From NCBI GenBank assembly GCA_963803925.1, contig CAWDOM010000008.1, forward strand, positions 85,154 to 149,153: 64,000 nucleotides of DNA. The letters are read 5' to 3'. Position numbers and translations under genes: made by a program. Each line of letters opens with the position of its first letter. Position 1 is the stretch's first letter. This DNA is from an uncultured Actinomycetota bacterium. GTDB lineage: Bacteria; Actinomycetota; Thermoleophilia; RBG-16-64-13. The notes under the pieces were generated by a model, which searched no databases, was not told the origin of the DNA, and saw only the letters and a list, made by a program, of their open reading frames with translations. Shown here one piece after another: positions 27,942 to 36,641 of this stretch.

Positions 27942-28365
27942 TCAGTGGGGGATGCCGAGCTGGGTCGTCTTGCCCTCGAGGTCGGTGCGGCTGAAGCTGA
28001 GGTACGACACTTTGATGTCGGTGAACTTGTTGTTCACCATCTGATACATGATGATGCCGTGATAGTCGAAGCATTCCCCTGCCTTCACTTCGCCGAACGG
28101 GGAATCGTCATCGTCTTTGTTCACCGTGAAGTGCGTCCACATCTGAATGGCGAGCGTGTCTTCGTCGCTCACGAAGCGCTCGACGTGCAAGCTCCTCGGT
28201 GAACGATTGCCATATCCACGCGTAGTGAGCCTTCATGCCGTCCGCGCCGTTGATCTCGAGCAACCCGTTGAGAACCCTCGCGTTCGGATCGATGTAGTCG
28301 GCGAAAGCGCCTGGATCGCGCGCGTTGAAGCGGTTGATGTAGTCGTCGAACGTTGCTCTGTCCAT
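27942..28365 (-). pseudogene. SnoaL/NTF2-like (ester-cyclase-like) gene, frameshifted as assembled
   Basis: MDRATFDDYINRFNARDPGAFADYIDPNARV...MKAHYAWIWQSFTEE (frame of ORF 28108..28719) continues as LHVERFVSDEDTLAIQMWTHFTV... (ORF 27942..28190). Total length is 3n+1, with the shift near 28186-28192. Confidence 0.65.
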
Positions 28366-28512
28366 GGTTGCTCCTTGAAAGATGAGGAAGGTCGGGGGGA
28401 TAGCACGCCGCCTAGGCAATCCCGTGGAGATTATAGGCCAACAGCGGCCGCCGCGGCGTTGATACGCCTCCAAACCTTGAGCCGAGGCCCTTCCCACCTG
28501 ACGGGCGCGGCG

Positions 28513-28533
28513 TATACTTATGTAGTAAGTATA
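28513..28533. promoter_or_regulatory. Candidate TetR operator (8-bp perfect inverted repeat)
   Basis: TATACTTA-TGTAG-TAAGTATA, an AT-rich site in GC-rich DNA, lies 80 nt upstream of the TetR start in the divergent intergenic region. A second small palindrome CTTAC-AGG-GTAAG follows at 28537-28549. Confidence 0.5.
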
Positions 28534-28613
28534 AGACTTACAGGGTAAGCACATCAACCGCTGTCCTGTGCCGGCCCCTGCTGAACGCGCCACAGTCTGA
28601 GTGGAGAATTCCG

Positions 28614-29300
28614 ATGCCAACGTCAGCCACACCGAAGCCTGAGTCCCGGATCCCGCTGAGCAGAGAGCGTGTGTTGCGCGCCGCTGTCGCACTCGCCGAC
28701 GACAAGGGCATCGAGTCACTCACCATGCGCGAGCTTGGCCTCAGGCTCGGGGTCGAAGCCATGTCGTTGTACAACCACGTGGCCAACAAAGGCGACATCC
28801 TCGACGGCATCGTCGATCTCGTGGTGAGCGAGATCGATCTGCCTCCCGACGCTGTCGACTGGAGGGAGGCAATGCGCCGCCGCGCGATCTCGGCCCAAGC
28901 GGTGTTCTCCCTTCACCCGTGGGCGAGCGCTCTGATCGATTCGCGAGAAAGCAGCGGACCCGCGCGGCTTCGCTACCTTGACTGGATGCTGGGCACGTTC
29001 CGGCGAGCCGGTTTCACGACCGAGATGACCGTCCGCGCGTTTTCGGTGCTCGACAGCTACATCTATGGCTTCGGTCGACAGCAACTCAACATGTCCGCCG
29101 GAGCCGGCGTCAAGCCCGAAGAGACCACCCAAGCCTTCCTGCGAGCGATACCGGCCGGCGAGTACCCCTACCTCAGGGAGATGGTCGTCGAGTACGCGAT
29201 AAACACCGGCCACGACGAAAGCGCCGACTTCGACTTCGGGCTCAGCCTCATTCTGGATGGGCTGCAAAGACTCTTGGACGCGGCCACGAGCAGGCGCTGA
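28614..29300 (+). CDS. TetR-family transcriptional regulator
   Basis: 228 aa. N-terminal HTH LSRERVLRAAVALADDKGIESLTMRELGLRLGVEAMSLYNHV and a helical C-terminal ligand domain. Confidence 0.9.
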   Translation: MPTSATPKPESRIPLSRERVLRAAVALADDKGIESLTMRELGLRLGVEAMSLYNHVANKGDILDGIVDLVVSEIDLPPDAVDWREAMRRRAISAQAVFSLHPWASALIDSRESSGPARLRYLDWMLGTFRRAGFTTEMTVRAFSVLDSYIYGFGRQQLNMSAGAGVKPEETTQAFLRAIPAGEYPYLREMVVEYAINTGHDESADFDFGLSLILDGLQRLLDAATSRR

Positions 29301-29356
29301 AGCACGCGTTCGCCGGTTGCCGGTCGTCACGCGGAGCTTGCGCGGCCTCTACTCTG

Positions 29357-29375
29357 TGCTACTATGTACCGGTAG
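29357..29375. promoter_or_regulatory. Weak palindrome upstream of the PadR gene (operator candidate)
   Basis: GCTAC-TATGTACCG-GTAGC contains an ATGT core and is followed by the AT-rich TAGTAATAAT. Only 5-bp arms. Confidence 0.3.
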
Positions 29376-29408
29376 CTAGTAATAATGAGTAGCGCGGGAA
29401 GGTGTTCC

Positions 29409-29738
29409 GTGGGCAAACAGATGACCGAGATGCTCAAGGGGACGCTCGAGGGCATGGTTCTCGCGATCCTCCGCCTGAGGCCCGCCTATGGCTACGAGAT
29501 CACGGCGCGGTTGCGGGAGATGGGCATCTCCGGCATCGCCGAAGGCACCGTCTACGCGCTCCTTATCAGGATCGAGCAGAGAGGCCTGGTCGACGTGGAG
29601 AGGATCCCGTCGGAGAAGGGACCGCCGCGCAAAGTGTATTCACTCAACGGCCGGGGGCAAGAGTACCTCGATGAGTTCTGGAGTACGTGGGACTTCCTCA
29701 AGGAACGGCTCGAACAGCTCCACGAAGGAGGCAGATGA
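29409..29738 (+). CDS. PadR-family transcriptional regulator
   Basis: ...MLKGTLEGMVLAILRLRPAYGYEITARLREMG...EGTVYALLIRIEQRGLV...KVYSLNGRGQEYL. GTG 29409 lies behind GGAAGG. The track ORF starts at 29385. Confidence 0.85.
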   Translation: MGKQMTEMLKGTLEGMVLAILRLRPAYGYEITARLREMGISGIAEGTVYALLIRIEQRGLVDVERIPSEKGPPRKVYSLNGRGQEYLDEFWSTWDFLKERLEQLHEGGR

Positions 29739-30106
29739 CAATGTCCATATCGGACTTCAGCTCGAAGGTCATAGGCGACAAGCGGCGATGGCGGCACTAC
29801 AGAGCGCGCGTGCGGGCGCTTCCCGAGACCTATCGCACGGCGGTCGATGCGATCGAGCGATACCTGATGCACTTCGGGGCGGTCGACGGCGACAGCGCGG
29901 CCTCGATCTTCGAGGATGTCGCCGATCTCTTCGAGCAGGCCGCCGCCGACGGAACGCCGATCCGCGAGATCGTCGGGGAGGACCCGGTTGAGTTTGTCGA
30001 GGCGCTCATTCAGAACTACGAGAAGGGTGGCTACGTGGCTCGTGAGCAGAAACGGCTGATCGACGCTATCAATCGTGCCGCGGGCAACGACGCCTGGCGG
30101 CCGTGA
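29735..30106 (+). CDS. DUF1048 domain protein (PadR-associated)
   Basis: The start overlaps the PadR stop (ATGA). KRRWRHYRARVRALPETYRTAVDAIERYLMHFG...FEQAAADGTPIREIVGEDPVEFVEALIQNY matches the DUF1048 pattern usually found next to PadR. Confidence 0.75.
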   Translation: MTMSISDFSSKVIGDKRRWRHYRARVRALPETYRTAVDAIERYLMHFGAVDGDSAASIFEDVADLFEQAAADGTPIREIVGEDPVEFVEALIQNYEKGGYVAREQKRLIDAINRAAGNDAWRP

Positions 30107-30987
30107 GAGCCGATATCCAGATGACCGCCAATCAGGTCCACGAACCCGCGATCTACGTGCGGGGATTGGAGAAGTCGTACAAGACGTTGCGCGTGCTGCG
30201 GGGCGTGGACTTCGACATACCGCGGGGCAGCGTCTTCGCTTTGCTCGGCGCGAATGGGGCGGGCAAGACCACGGTCGTGAACATCCTGTGCACGCTGCTC
30301 CATGCCGACGCGGGAACTGCCAGCGTCAACGGCTTCGATGTCGCCACCCACGCTGCCCACGTGCGGGAGTCCATCAGTCTCACCGGACAGTTCGCGGCCG
30401 TCGATGAAATTCTCAGCGGACGTGAGAACCTCATACTGGTCGCCCGATTGCGGCACCTCAAGCATCCAACCACGATCGCGGACCGCCTGCTCGATCGTTT
30501 CTCGCTGACCGACGCAGGCGCGCGCAAGGTGTCGACGTATTCTGGTGGCATGCGCCGCCGCCTCGACATCGCCATGAGCCTTATCGGGAATCCGCAGGTC
30601 ATCTTCCTCGACGAGCCGACCACCGGGCTCGATCCCCAGGCGCGCATCGAGGTGTGGCAGACCGTCAAGGAACTCGCCGGGTGCGGCGCGACAGTACTGC
30701 TCACGACGCAGGACTTAGACGAGGCCGAACAACTTGCCGACCGCATCGCGATCCTCCACGAGGGCCGGATCATCGTGAACGACACTCTCGCCGAGCTCAG
30801 GAAGCTGCTCCCGCCCGCCAAGGTCGAATACGTCGAGAAGCAGCCGACTCTTGAGGACGTCTTCCTCGCCATCGTCGGCTCCGTCGGCGCGGCCGCTACG
30901 GGCGACGCCGGGACGGACGGTGACGCCGGAAACGACCGCGCGCCGGGACAGACCGCGGCGCCGGCGCTGACCACCAAGGAGCCATGA
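30103..30987 (+). CDS. ABC transporter ATP-binding protein (DrrA-like)
   Basis: Walker A GANGAGKTT, signature YSGGMRRRL, Walker B VIFLDEPTTGLD. GTGA overlap with the upstream gene. Confidence 0.9.
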   Translation: MRADIQMTANQVHEPAIYVRGLEKSYKTLRVLRGVDFDIPRGSVFALLGANGAGKTTVVNILCTLLHADAGTASVNGFDVATHAAHVRESISLTGQFAAVDEILSGRENLILVARLRHLKHPTTIADRLLDRFSLTDAGARKVSTYSGGMRRRLDIAMSLIGNPQVIFLDEPTTGLDPQARIEVWQTVKELAGCGATVLLTTQDLDEAEQLADRIAILHEGRIIVNDTLAELRKLLPPAKVEYVEKQPTLEDVFLAIVGSVGAAATGDAGTDGDAGNDRAPGQTAAPALTTKEP

Positions 30988-31748
30988 TGACCAAGCATTT
31001 CGTCGGCGACACCGCCGTACTCACGGGGCGATCCCTGCGGCACATCACGCGCAGCCTGGACACCATCATCACGACCACCATCATGCCGGTCGTCTTCATG
31101 CTGCTGTTCGTCTACGTGTTCGGCGGCGCGATCGATTCAGGGTCGGACTCGTATGTGACCTACCTGCTGCCCGGCATCCTGCTCATCACCATCGCTTCGG
31201 GCGTTTCCTACACCGCATTCCGGCTCTTCCTGGACATGAAGAGCGGCATCTTCGACCGATTCCAGTCCATGCCGATCGCGCGGTCGTCCTTGCTGTGGGC
31301 CCACGTGCTCACCTCGCTCGTCGCCAACCTGGTCTCGCTCGTGGTCGTTGTCCTCGTCGCCGTCCTCATGGGCTTCCGCTCGGGGGCGGGAGTGCTGGCC
31401 TGGCTGGTGGTCGCCGGCATCCTGATCCTGTTCACGCTGACTTTGACGTGGCTCGCCGTGATCCCCGGTCTCTCCGCGAAGTCCGTGGACGGCGCGAGCG
31501 CGTTCTCCTACCCGCTCATCTTCCTGCCGTTCATCAGTTCGGCGTTCGTGCCAACCGACACCATGCCCGGCCCGGTGCGCGCCTTCGCCGAGCACCAGCC
31601 GGTGACGTCGATAGTCAACGCGATTCGCGACCTACTCACAGAGCAGCCGGCCGGCACCGGCATCTGGATCGCCCTGGCCTGGTGCGTCGGCATCCTCATA
31701 GTCGCGTACGGCTTCGCCATGGTCACGTACCGGCGGAAGATCTCGTAG
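30984..31748 (+). CDS. ABC-2 type transporter permease
   Basis: 254 aa with six hydrophobic segments. ATGA overlap with the ATPase gene. Typical DrrB-like partner. Confidence 0.9.
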   Translation: MMTKHFVGDTAVLTGRSLRHITRSLDTIITTTIMPVVFMLLFVYVFGGAIDSGSDSYVTYLLPGILLITIASGVSYTAFRLFLDMKSGIFDRFQSMPIARSSLLWAHVLTSLVANLVSLVVVVLVAVLMGFRSGAGVLAWLVVAGILILFTLTLTWLAVIPGLSAKSVDGASAFSYPLIFLPFISSAFVPTDTMPGPVRAFAEHQPVTSIVNAIRDLLTEQPAGTGIWIALAWCVGILIVAYGFAMVTYRRKIS

Positions 31749-31984
31749 CTGCGGATCGACAGCGCCCAGCCCACCGAGGCGGACTCCACCACGTCGTAGC
31801 GCGGCATGCACGGCTTGATGTCGAGAAGCGGCGTCCCGTCGAGCACGTCGATGCCGCTCACGATGAGGACGTTGGCGTGCCGTTCGACAAGCCGAACGAT
31901 TGACAGGCCGATCCCGTTCGGACGACATGGGTGCCGCGACGAGAACACGCCGTGAGGGGTGTCGTCGAGGAACGTGGGCCGCAC
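31508..31984 (-). pseudogene. TsaA/TrmO-like tRNA methyltransferase fragment (N-terminally truncated)
   Basis: Only the distal core is present: GVFSSRHPCRPNGIGLSIVRLVERHANVLIVSGIDVLDGTPLLDIKPCMPRYD. There is no room upstream for the missing ~60 residues. The 3' 240 nt overlap the convergent ABC permease gene and look non-genuine. Confidence 0.45.
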
Positions 31985-32082
31985 CAGCTCGACCGCACCG
32001 GCGCGGTCGAAGGCGTTCGCTCTGAACTCGCGCCGCCGGTAACCGCCACCTGCTCGCTCCTCTCTTGCCGCGCGCCGCTGCT

Positions 32083-32637
32083 CTAGCCCTCGCGCTTCAT
32101 CCGCTCCTGGCGGGCGACCTCGCGATCGCTTGGCGCGTCAAACGCGGTGTCGCCGATCTTGATCTCGCCCTCTCGCTCGTAATGGCCCATGATCAGGCCA
32201 TTTTGAGAGACGCGGGACCTAGCCAGCTTGAACGAATGCGGCGCCGAGCCGTCGGCGAACAGCTTCTTGCCGCTCCCAAGCACGACGGGCACCGTGAAGA
32301 TGCTCATAGCATCGACCAGGTCATCGGCGAGCAGAGCGTGCACGAGTTCGCTACTGCCCTGAGTAACGAGGTTCGGGCCATCTTCCTGCTTCAGGCGCTT
32401 CACGGCGGCGATGTCGCGCAGCCAGTATGCGGCGAAGATCTCGTAGGTCTTGCGGCCGAGCAGGAGGTCGAATTCCTCCTCGAATACGTGGTTGATCTCT
32501 TCGCCGAACTCTTGACTCAAATAGGGCATCACCCATCCGCCGGACTCGAAGCCCTTGGTCGGATCCTCGGTCGGCCCGCCCGGCGCTTGCATAATGCCAT
32601 CCATAGAGACCATGGCGCCGGCGATTATCTTCCGCAT
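32083..32637 (-). CDS. Dihydrofolate reductase-family protein (RibD C-terminal domain type)
   Basis: 184 aa. MRKIIAGAMVSMDGIMQAPGGPTEDP...LLLGRKTYEIFAAYW...VVLGSGKKLF. Confidence 0.85.
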   Translation of the reverse strand: MRKIIAGAMVSMDGIMQAPGGPTEDPTKGFESGGWVMPYLSQEFGEEINHVFEEEFDLLLGRKTYEIFAAYWLRDIAAVKRLKQEDGPNLVTQGSSELVHALLADDLVDAMSIFTVPVVLGSGKKLFADGSAPHSFKLARSRVSQNGLIMGHYEREGEIKIGDTAFDAPSDREVARQERMKREG

Positions 32638-32754
32638 GGGTCACTCTCCCCGGTTACGTCCGGATCCTCGCCTTCAAGCCGGGAGAAGATGCCGAGTCCG
32701 CGGATGAGGGATGAGACGTCGCCGGCATCGGACTGCCGAGCCAACCTGACTTCG

Positions 32755-32832
32755 AACCGCATGCGGCCCCTTTCTGTACGCTCGTCTAGAAAGCGGCTGG
32801 ACTACCTGACACCGGAGGAATGCTATGTCTAG
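32755..32832 (+). mobile_element. Possible transposase C-terminal remnant (IS30-like tail)
   Basis: The frame ending at TAG 32830-32832 reads NRMRPLSVRSSRKRLDYLTPEECYV. It resembles the ...NNRPRKxLGyxTPxE... tail of IS30-type DDE transposases. No upstream catalytic region is present. Confidence 0.3.
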
Positions 32833-33014
32833 GCCGTGTTGACGCGAGCGCCCCAAGCTGATGATGGGGGACAGCGTGCTGTGCAGCACATCTGGGGACG
32901 GAGTATACGCTTCGAGACACGCTACCTAGCCATCAACGAGAGGTTGGGGTAGGCTTGTCGGGCCGTCCGGCCACTGTACTCGAGATGAGAAACGCGTCCG
33001 CAAAGGAGGCTCGC

Positions 33015-33794
33015 GTGGGCAGAATGCAGGACAAGGTCGCGATCGTCACCGGTGGGTCCACGGGGCTGGGGAAGGCCACCAGCCTGCTCCTCGCCCGCGA
33101 GGGGGCCCACGTGGTCGTCGTCGACATCCAGGACGCACAGGGCGCGGCAGTCGCCGGGGAGATCGGGGCCGCCGATGGATCCGGTCACTACTTCCACATG
33201 GATGTCACCGACGAAGCTCAGGTCACGGATGTCTGCGCTCGCGTGTTCGAACGCTTCGGACGGCTCGACGTGCTCGTGAACAACGCCGGCATCACCGGAG
33301 CGCCGAAGCCCACTCACGAGATCACCCTCGAAGAGTGGGACCAGGTGCTCGGGGTCGACGCCAAGGGCGTCTTCCTGTGCACGAAGCACGCAATTCCCTA
33401 CATGATCCAGGGAGGCGGCGGCAGCATCGTCAACATCTCGTCGGTCTACGGAATCGTGGGCGGCATGGACGTTCCCCCGCCGTTCTTGTATCACGCGGCC
33501 AAGGGAGCGGTGCGGCTCATGACGAAGTCCGACGCCCTGTGCTACGCCAAGGACAAGATCAGGGTGAACTCCATACATCCGGGGTGGCTGTGGACACCGA
33601 TGCTGGAGAACGTGGGCAAGAACGCCACTGAGGGACCTGAGGCCTTCCACGAGCGCATCCTCAGTCGCGTGCCCCTGGGACACTACGGGGACCCGATCGA
33701 CGTCGCCTATGGGGTGCTCTACCTGGCGTCGGACGAGTCGAAGTTCAGCACGGGCACCGAGCTCGTCATCGACGGTGGGTACTTGGCCATGTAG
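33015..33794 (+). CDS. SDR-family oxidoreductase (glucose/3-oxoacyl reductase-like)
   Basis: VAIVTGGSTGLGKA, NNAGI, and S...YHAAK catalytic residues. GTG 33015 lies behind AAGGAGG. The track ORF starts at 32955. Confidence 0.9.
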   Translation: MGRMQDKVAIVTGGSTGLGKATSLLLAREGAHVVVVDIQDAQGAAVAGEIGAADGSGHYFHMDVTDEAQVTDVCARVFERFGRLDVLVNNAGITGAPKPTHEITLEEWDQVLGVDAKGVFLCTKHAIPYMIQGGGGSIVNISSVYGIVGGMDVPPPFLYHAAKGAVRLMTKSDALCYAKDKIRVNSIHPGWLWTPMLENVGKNATEGPEAFHERILSRVPLGHYGDPIDVAYGVLYLASDESKFSTGTELVIDGGYLAM

Positions 33795-33916
33795 GGGAGA
33801 AGTCGCCGCGTTCGAGGCGGCGGCACCAAGGAGGGTGTCGAGCAGGAGCGGTAGGTCTTGGCGTTGCCGTCCGCAGGAGTGGTGCCAGTCCTTGCCGGTC
33901 AGTCGCGACCGCGAGC

Positions 33917-34192
33917 TCACGTCGTAAGATAGGTGATGAACATCGGACTACTGCCGCCGCCGAGCCTGAACCCGCACTTCTCGTAGAAGCCGACCTACTC
34001 GTCGTAGGCGATCAAGACCTTGCGCGCATACGACTCATACCGGTCGAGCATCGTGGAGACGAGCTTGCACCCGATGCCCCGTGATTGATGCTCGGGCCTC
34101 ACGAGCAGGTAGTGAAAGTACGCTGTCATGGCTCCATCGGCCAGGGCGTTCATCATGCGCCGCGACCCGAGCGGGTCGATTCGAACTGCCTC
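33917..34192 (-). pseudogene. GNAT acetyltransferase remnant with in-frame TAG and missing N-terminus
   Basis: My own translation gives ...IDPLGSRRMMNALADGAMTAYFHYLLVRPEHQSRGIGCKLVSTMLDRYESYARKVLIAYDE-[TAG 33995-33997]-VGFYEKCGFRLGGGSSPMFITYLTT. The frame is closed by TGA at 34193-34195 only about 90 codons from the end. Confidence 0.6.
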
Positions 34193-34290
34193 TCAGGCCG
34201 CAATCCTACACCGCCGGTGCGCATCCGCGGATGCCAAGAAGCTTCCTGGTTCGGGCGCGTCTAATGCGGGACTATGGCTCCCGGCCCCGA

Positions 34291-34515
34291 CTAGCCCCGG
34301 TAATGCTCGACGCCTCGTTCGGAGGCCAGTGCAAAGTAGTGTTCGGCTTCTTCATGCCGGCCGAGCGCTTCGTATGATCCGCCGAGGCTGACAAGCAGCG
34401 AGCCCAAGAACGATTCGGCACGCTGGTCTTTCTGCCCCCGCTCGAGGGCGACGAGATTCCACCGAAGCGCTTGCTGGGGATCTGATTCGAGATGAGCCAC
34501 ATAGTGGGCGGCCAT
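34291..34515 (-). CDS. TPR-like small protein (start unresolved)
   Basis: MAAHYVAHLESDPQQALRWNLVALERG...LGGSYEALGRHEEAEHYFALASERG. The same frame stays open and coding-like for about 50 more codons upstream (to TGA near 34680) without ATG, GTG or TTG. Confidence 0.45.
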   Translation of the reverse strand: MAAHYVAHLESDPQQALRWNLVALERGQKDQRAESFLGSLLVSLGGSYEALGRHEEAEHYFALASERGVEHYRG

Positions 34516-34918
34516 CGCGGCGTCGTAGTCGTCTGCCGCTGCGTCCCAGGCATCTGAGAACAGCTGCCGGGCCGATTCGAGATCACGCTTGAACTCAGCT
34601 TGCGTTCCCGCGCTACATAGCTGGGCGGTTCTGCTGTTGAGTTCCAGGGGATTCCTTTCGTTCGGTCACGAATACCAGGGCTCCGAACGCCTAACAGAGA
34701 GCCAGCCGTTGCCAACGACATTTGGGACAGCGGTATGGGCCAACGCCAACATGTCATAGCCAGAGTATGGATGCCGCCGCGCCCGCCTTCACGAGATCCT
34801 GCGCGCGCGGTCCATACCTTCCATCACTCTAGCGCTTGCGCCGTCCGCCCGATGCCAGTGTTTGGCGGATGGCTTCCGACCCGGCTATCCCCGGCGGTCA
34901 ATGCCATCATGTCAGTCT

Positions 34919-34959
34919 GCACATATGCTGCTCAGCGCGCGATGTAGCACATATATGCT
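34919..34959. promoter_or_regulatory. Direct repeat pair upstream of the AbrB-type antitoxin gene (operator candidate)
   Basis: GCACATATGCT (34919-34929) and GCACATATATGCT (34947-34959), each centred on CATATG-like cores. The second ends about 34 nt before the antitoxin ATG. Confidence 0.35.
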
Positions 34960-34992
34960 ACCATGGCGTCAGTGCTTGGAAGGGAGTGCGAG

Positions 34993-35220
34993 ATGGCTCA
35001 GGGAGTGAAGTTGCGCAGAGCGGGCGGTTCCATAGCGGCGACTCTGCCCAAGGAGATGGCCGACAGATTGAAGTTGGCTCCCGGGGACAGCGTCATCGCC
35101 ATCGAGACGGAACGGGGGATCTTGATCACGCCCTACGACCCGGATACCGAAGAGGCGCTCTCCATCGCCGCGGAAGTGGGGCGCACCTATCGCAACGCAC
35201 TGCGCGAACTGGCGAAGTAG
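34993..35220 (+). CDS. AbrB/MazE/SpoVT-family antitoxin
   Basis: MAQGVKLRRAGGSIAATLPKEMADRLKLAPGDSVIAIETERGILITP: the swapped-hairpin beta-barrel signature. Lies 9 nt upstream of the Doc gene. Confidence 0.85.
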   Translation: MAQGVKLRRAGGSIAATLPKEMADRLKLAPGDSVIAIETERGILITPYDPDTEEALSIAAEVGRTYRNALRELAK

Positions 35221-35229
35221 CCTGCTGTC

Positions 35230-35640
35230 GTGCCGAAGGACGAGCCTCGCTGGGTGTCGCGGCTGGTAGTGGACGCAGTCCAGACGGATATGCTGCTCAC
35301 CCACGGGGGCATGCCCGGAACCCGCGACGAGAACGCTCTCGAATCGGCGCTCGCGCGGCCGAGACAACGTTTCGCCTATGAGCCGGACACCGACCTGGCG
35401 GCGCTCGCCGCGGCCTACGGGCATGGTCTAGCCCGCGACCACCCGTACAACGACGGCAACAAGCGCGTCGCCTTCGTGGTCATGGCCGTGTTTATCGGCT
35501 TGAACGCCTACGACCTATGCACGAGTGAAAGCGACGTGGTGACGACCATAGTGGCTCTCGCGGCTGGAAACGTCGACGAGCCTGAGCTCGCGGAGTGGGT
35601 GAGGGGTCGGATCAAGAAGCGGCGGGCGTCCGCCGGTTGA
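35230..35640 (+). CDS. doc: Doc (death-on-curing) Fic-fold toxin
   Basis: 136 aa with the Fic/Doc motif HPYNDGNKRVAF, plus LESALARPRQRF upstream. Confidence 0.9.
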   Translation: MPKDEPRWVSRLVVDAVQTDMLLTHGGMPGTRDENALESALARPRQRFAYEPDTDLAALAAAYGHGLARDHPYNDGNKRVAFVVMAVFIGLNAYDLCTSESDVVTTIVALAAGNVDEPELAEWVRGRIKKRRASAG

Positions 35641-35720
35641 ACTGCCGCCCGCGGAGCCACATACGGCACGCTCCTGGCGGGTAGTCCCGGTTCTCAACAG
35701 GCTCCGCGGGAGGTCATGGG

Positions 35721-36083
35721 CTACATGTGAAAGGCGGAGTTGCCGCAGGCATATGCCATCGTTTCGCTATGCCAAACTCGTATGCCGGTAAACGTGCCGG
35801 TAGAGAATACCGCGATGACCTGTGCGCAAGCCTGGTTGTCGAGCACCTTGACAATGAACTCCTCGAATTCCTTTATTGCGCCCAGCTCTTCAAGGTTCGC
35901 AAGTATGGTCGTGCGTAGTTCCGCGGGCGAGCCCACGAAGAGTTGCCGAGACCCCCAGGCGTCCTTGAGCGGTCGATACTCGTCAAGAATCTGATTCTCA
36001 GTGATGCACGGTGATGCATCCAGCGCGCTGCCCAGCAGTAGGTCAACTGCCTCCGAGGGGTCTTTGGTGCTTGCTTCTTCCAT
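35721..36083 (-). CDS. Hypothetical protein (orphan inside the TA island)
   Basis: 120-aa ORF with no recognisable motif. Visibly AT-richer than the surrounding chromosome. No partner ORF. Confidence 0.5.
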   Translation of the reverse strand: MEEASTKDPSEAVDLLLGSALDASPCITENQILDEYRPLKDAWGSRQLFVGSPAELRTTILANLEELGAIKEFEEFIVKVLDNQACAQVIAVFSTGTFTGIRVWHSETMAYACGNSAFHM

Positions 36084-36323
36084 TTGGATTCGTCCTCATC
36101 TTTGTCGCGTGGTCTGACACGCGGATAGTGCCACATGTTCATCCCATCAACATCCGTTCAGCACATAGCCGAGGTTTTTGCGGTAGTTGCCGCCGGGCCA
36201 TGTCCATGGCCGAAAATGTCGCACTGGTCGCAGGCAATGCGACGCGGTCTCGGCAGTAGCTCACATGGTGTTGACGTCTCAGCCGGCCAGCGGCCGGCCA
36301 CGCTGGTCGGTTGCACCGGAGTG

Positions 36324-36641
36324 TTAGGCGTTTCTCGCAAGGCCCGAATCCATCAAACGCTCGCTACGCCACACACGCACGACAGTGACAATGGTCTCAT
36401 CCCTCCGATACACGATTCGAAACGGCGGATGCTCGATCTCGCGAAGCCACGGCGTCTCCAGCTCCGGCACGACCTTGCCACTGTCGGGAAACACGGCGAG
36501 CTGTCGTACGAGCGCCACGATCTCCAGCACCATGCGTGTACCTACGTCCGGTACTTCTTGGGATGCATGCCAGTCGAGAATGTCGCGTAGGTCGTCACGC
36601 GCCGACTGCGCGAACTCGATAGTGCACCGCGTCTCGCTCAT
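36324..36641 (-). CDS. parE: ParE/RelE-family toxin
   Basis: 105 aa. ...AQSARDDLRDILDW...FPDSGKVVPELETPWLREIEHPPFRIVYRRDETIVTVVRVWRSERL. ATGA overlap with the upstream antitoxin gene. Confidence 0.9.
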   Translation of the reverse strand: MSETRCTIEFAQSARDDLRDILDWHASQEVPDVGTRMVLEIVALVRQLAVFPDSGKVVPELETPWLREIEHPPFRIVYRRDETIVTVVRVWRSERLMDSGLARNA

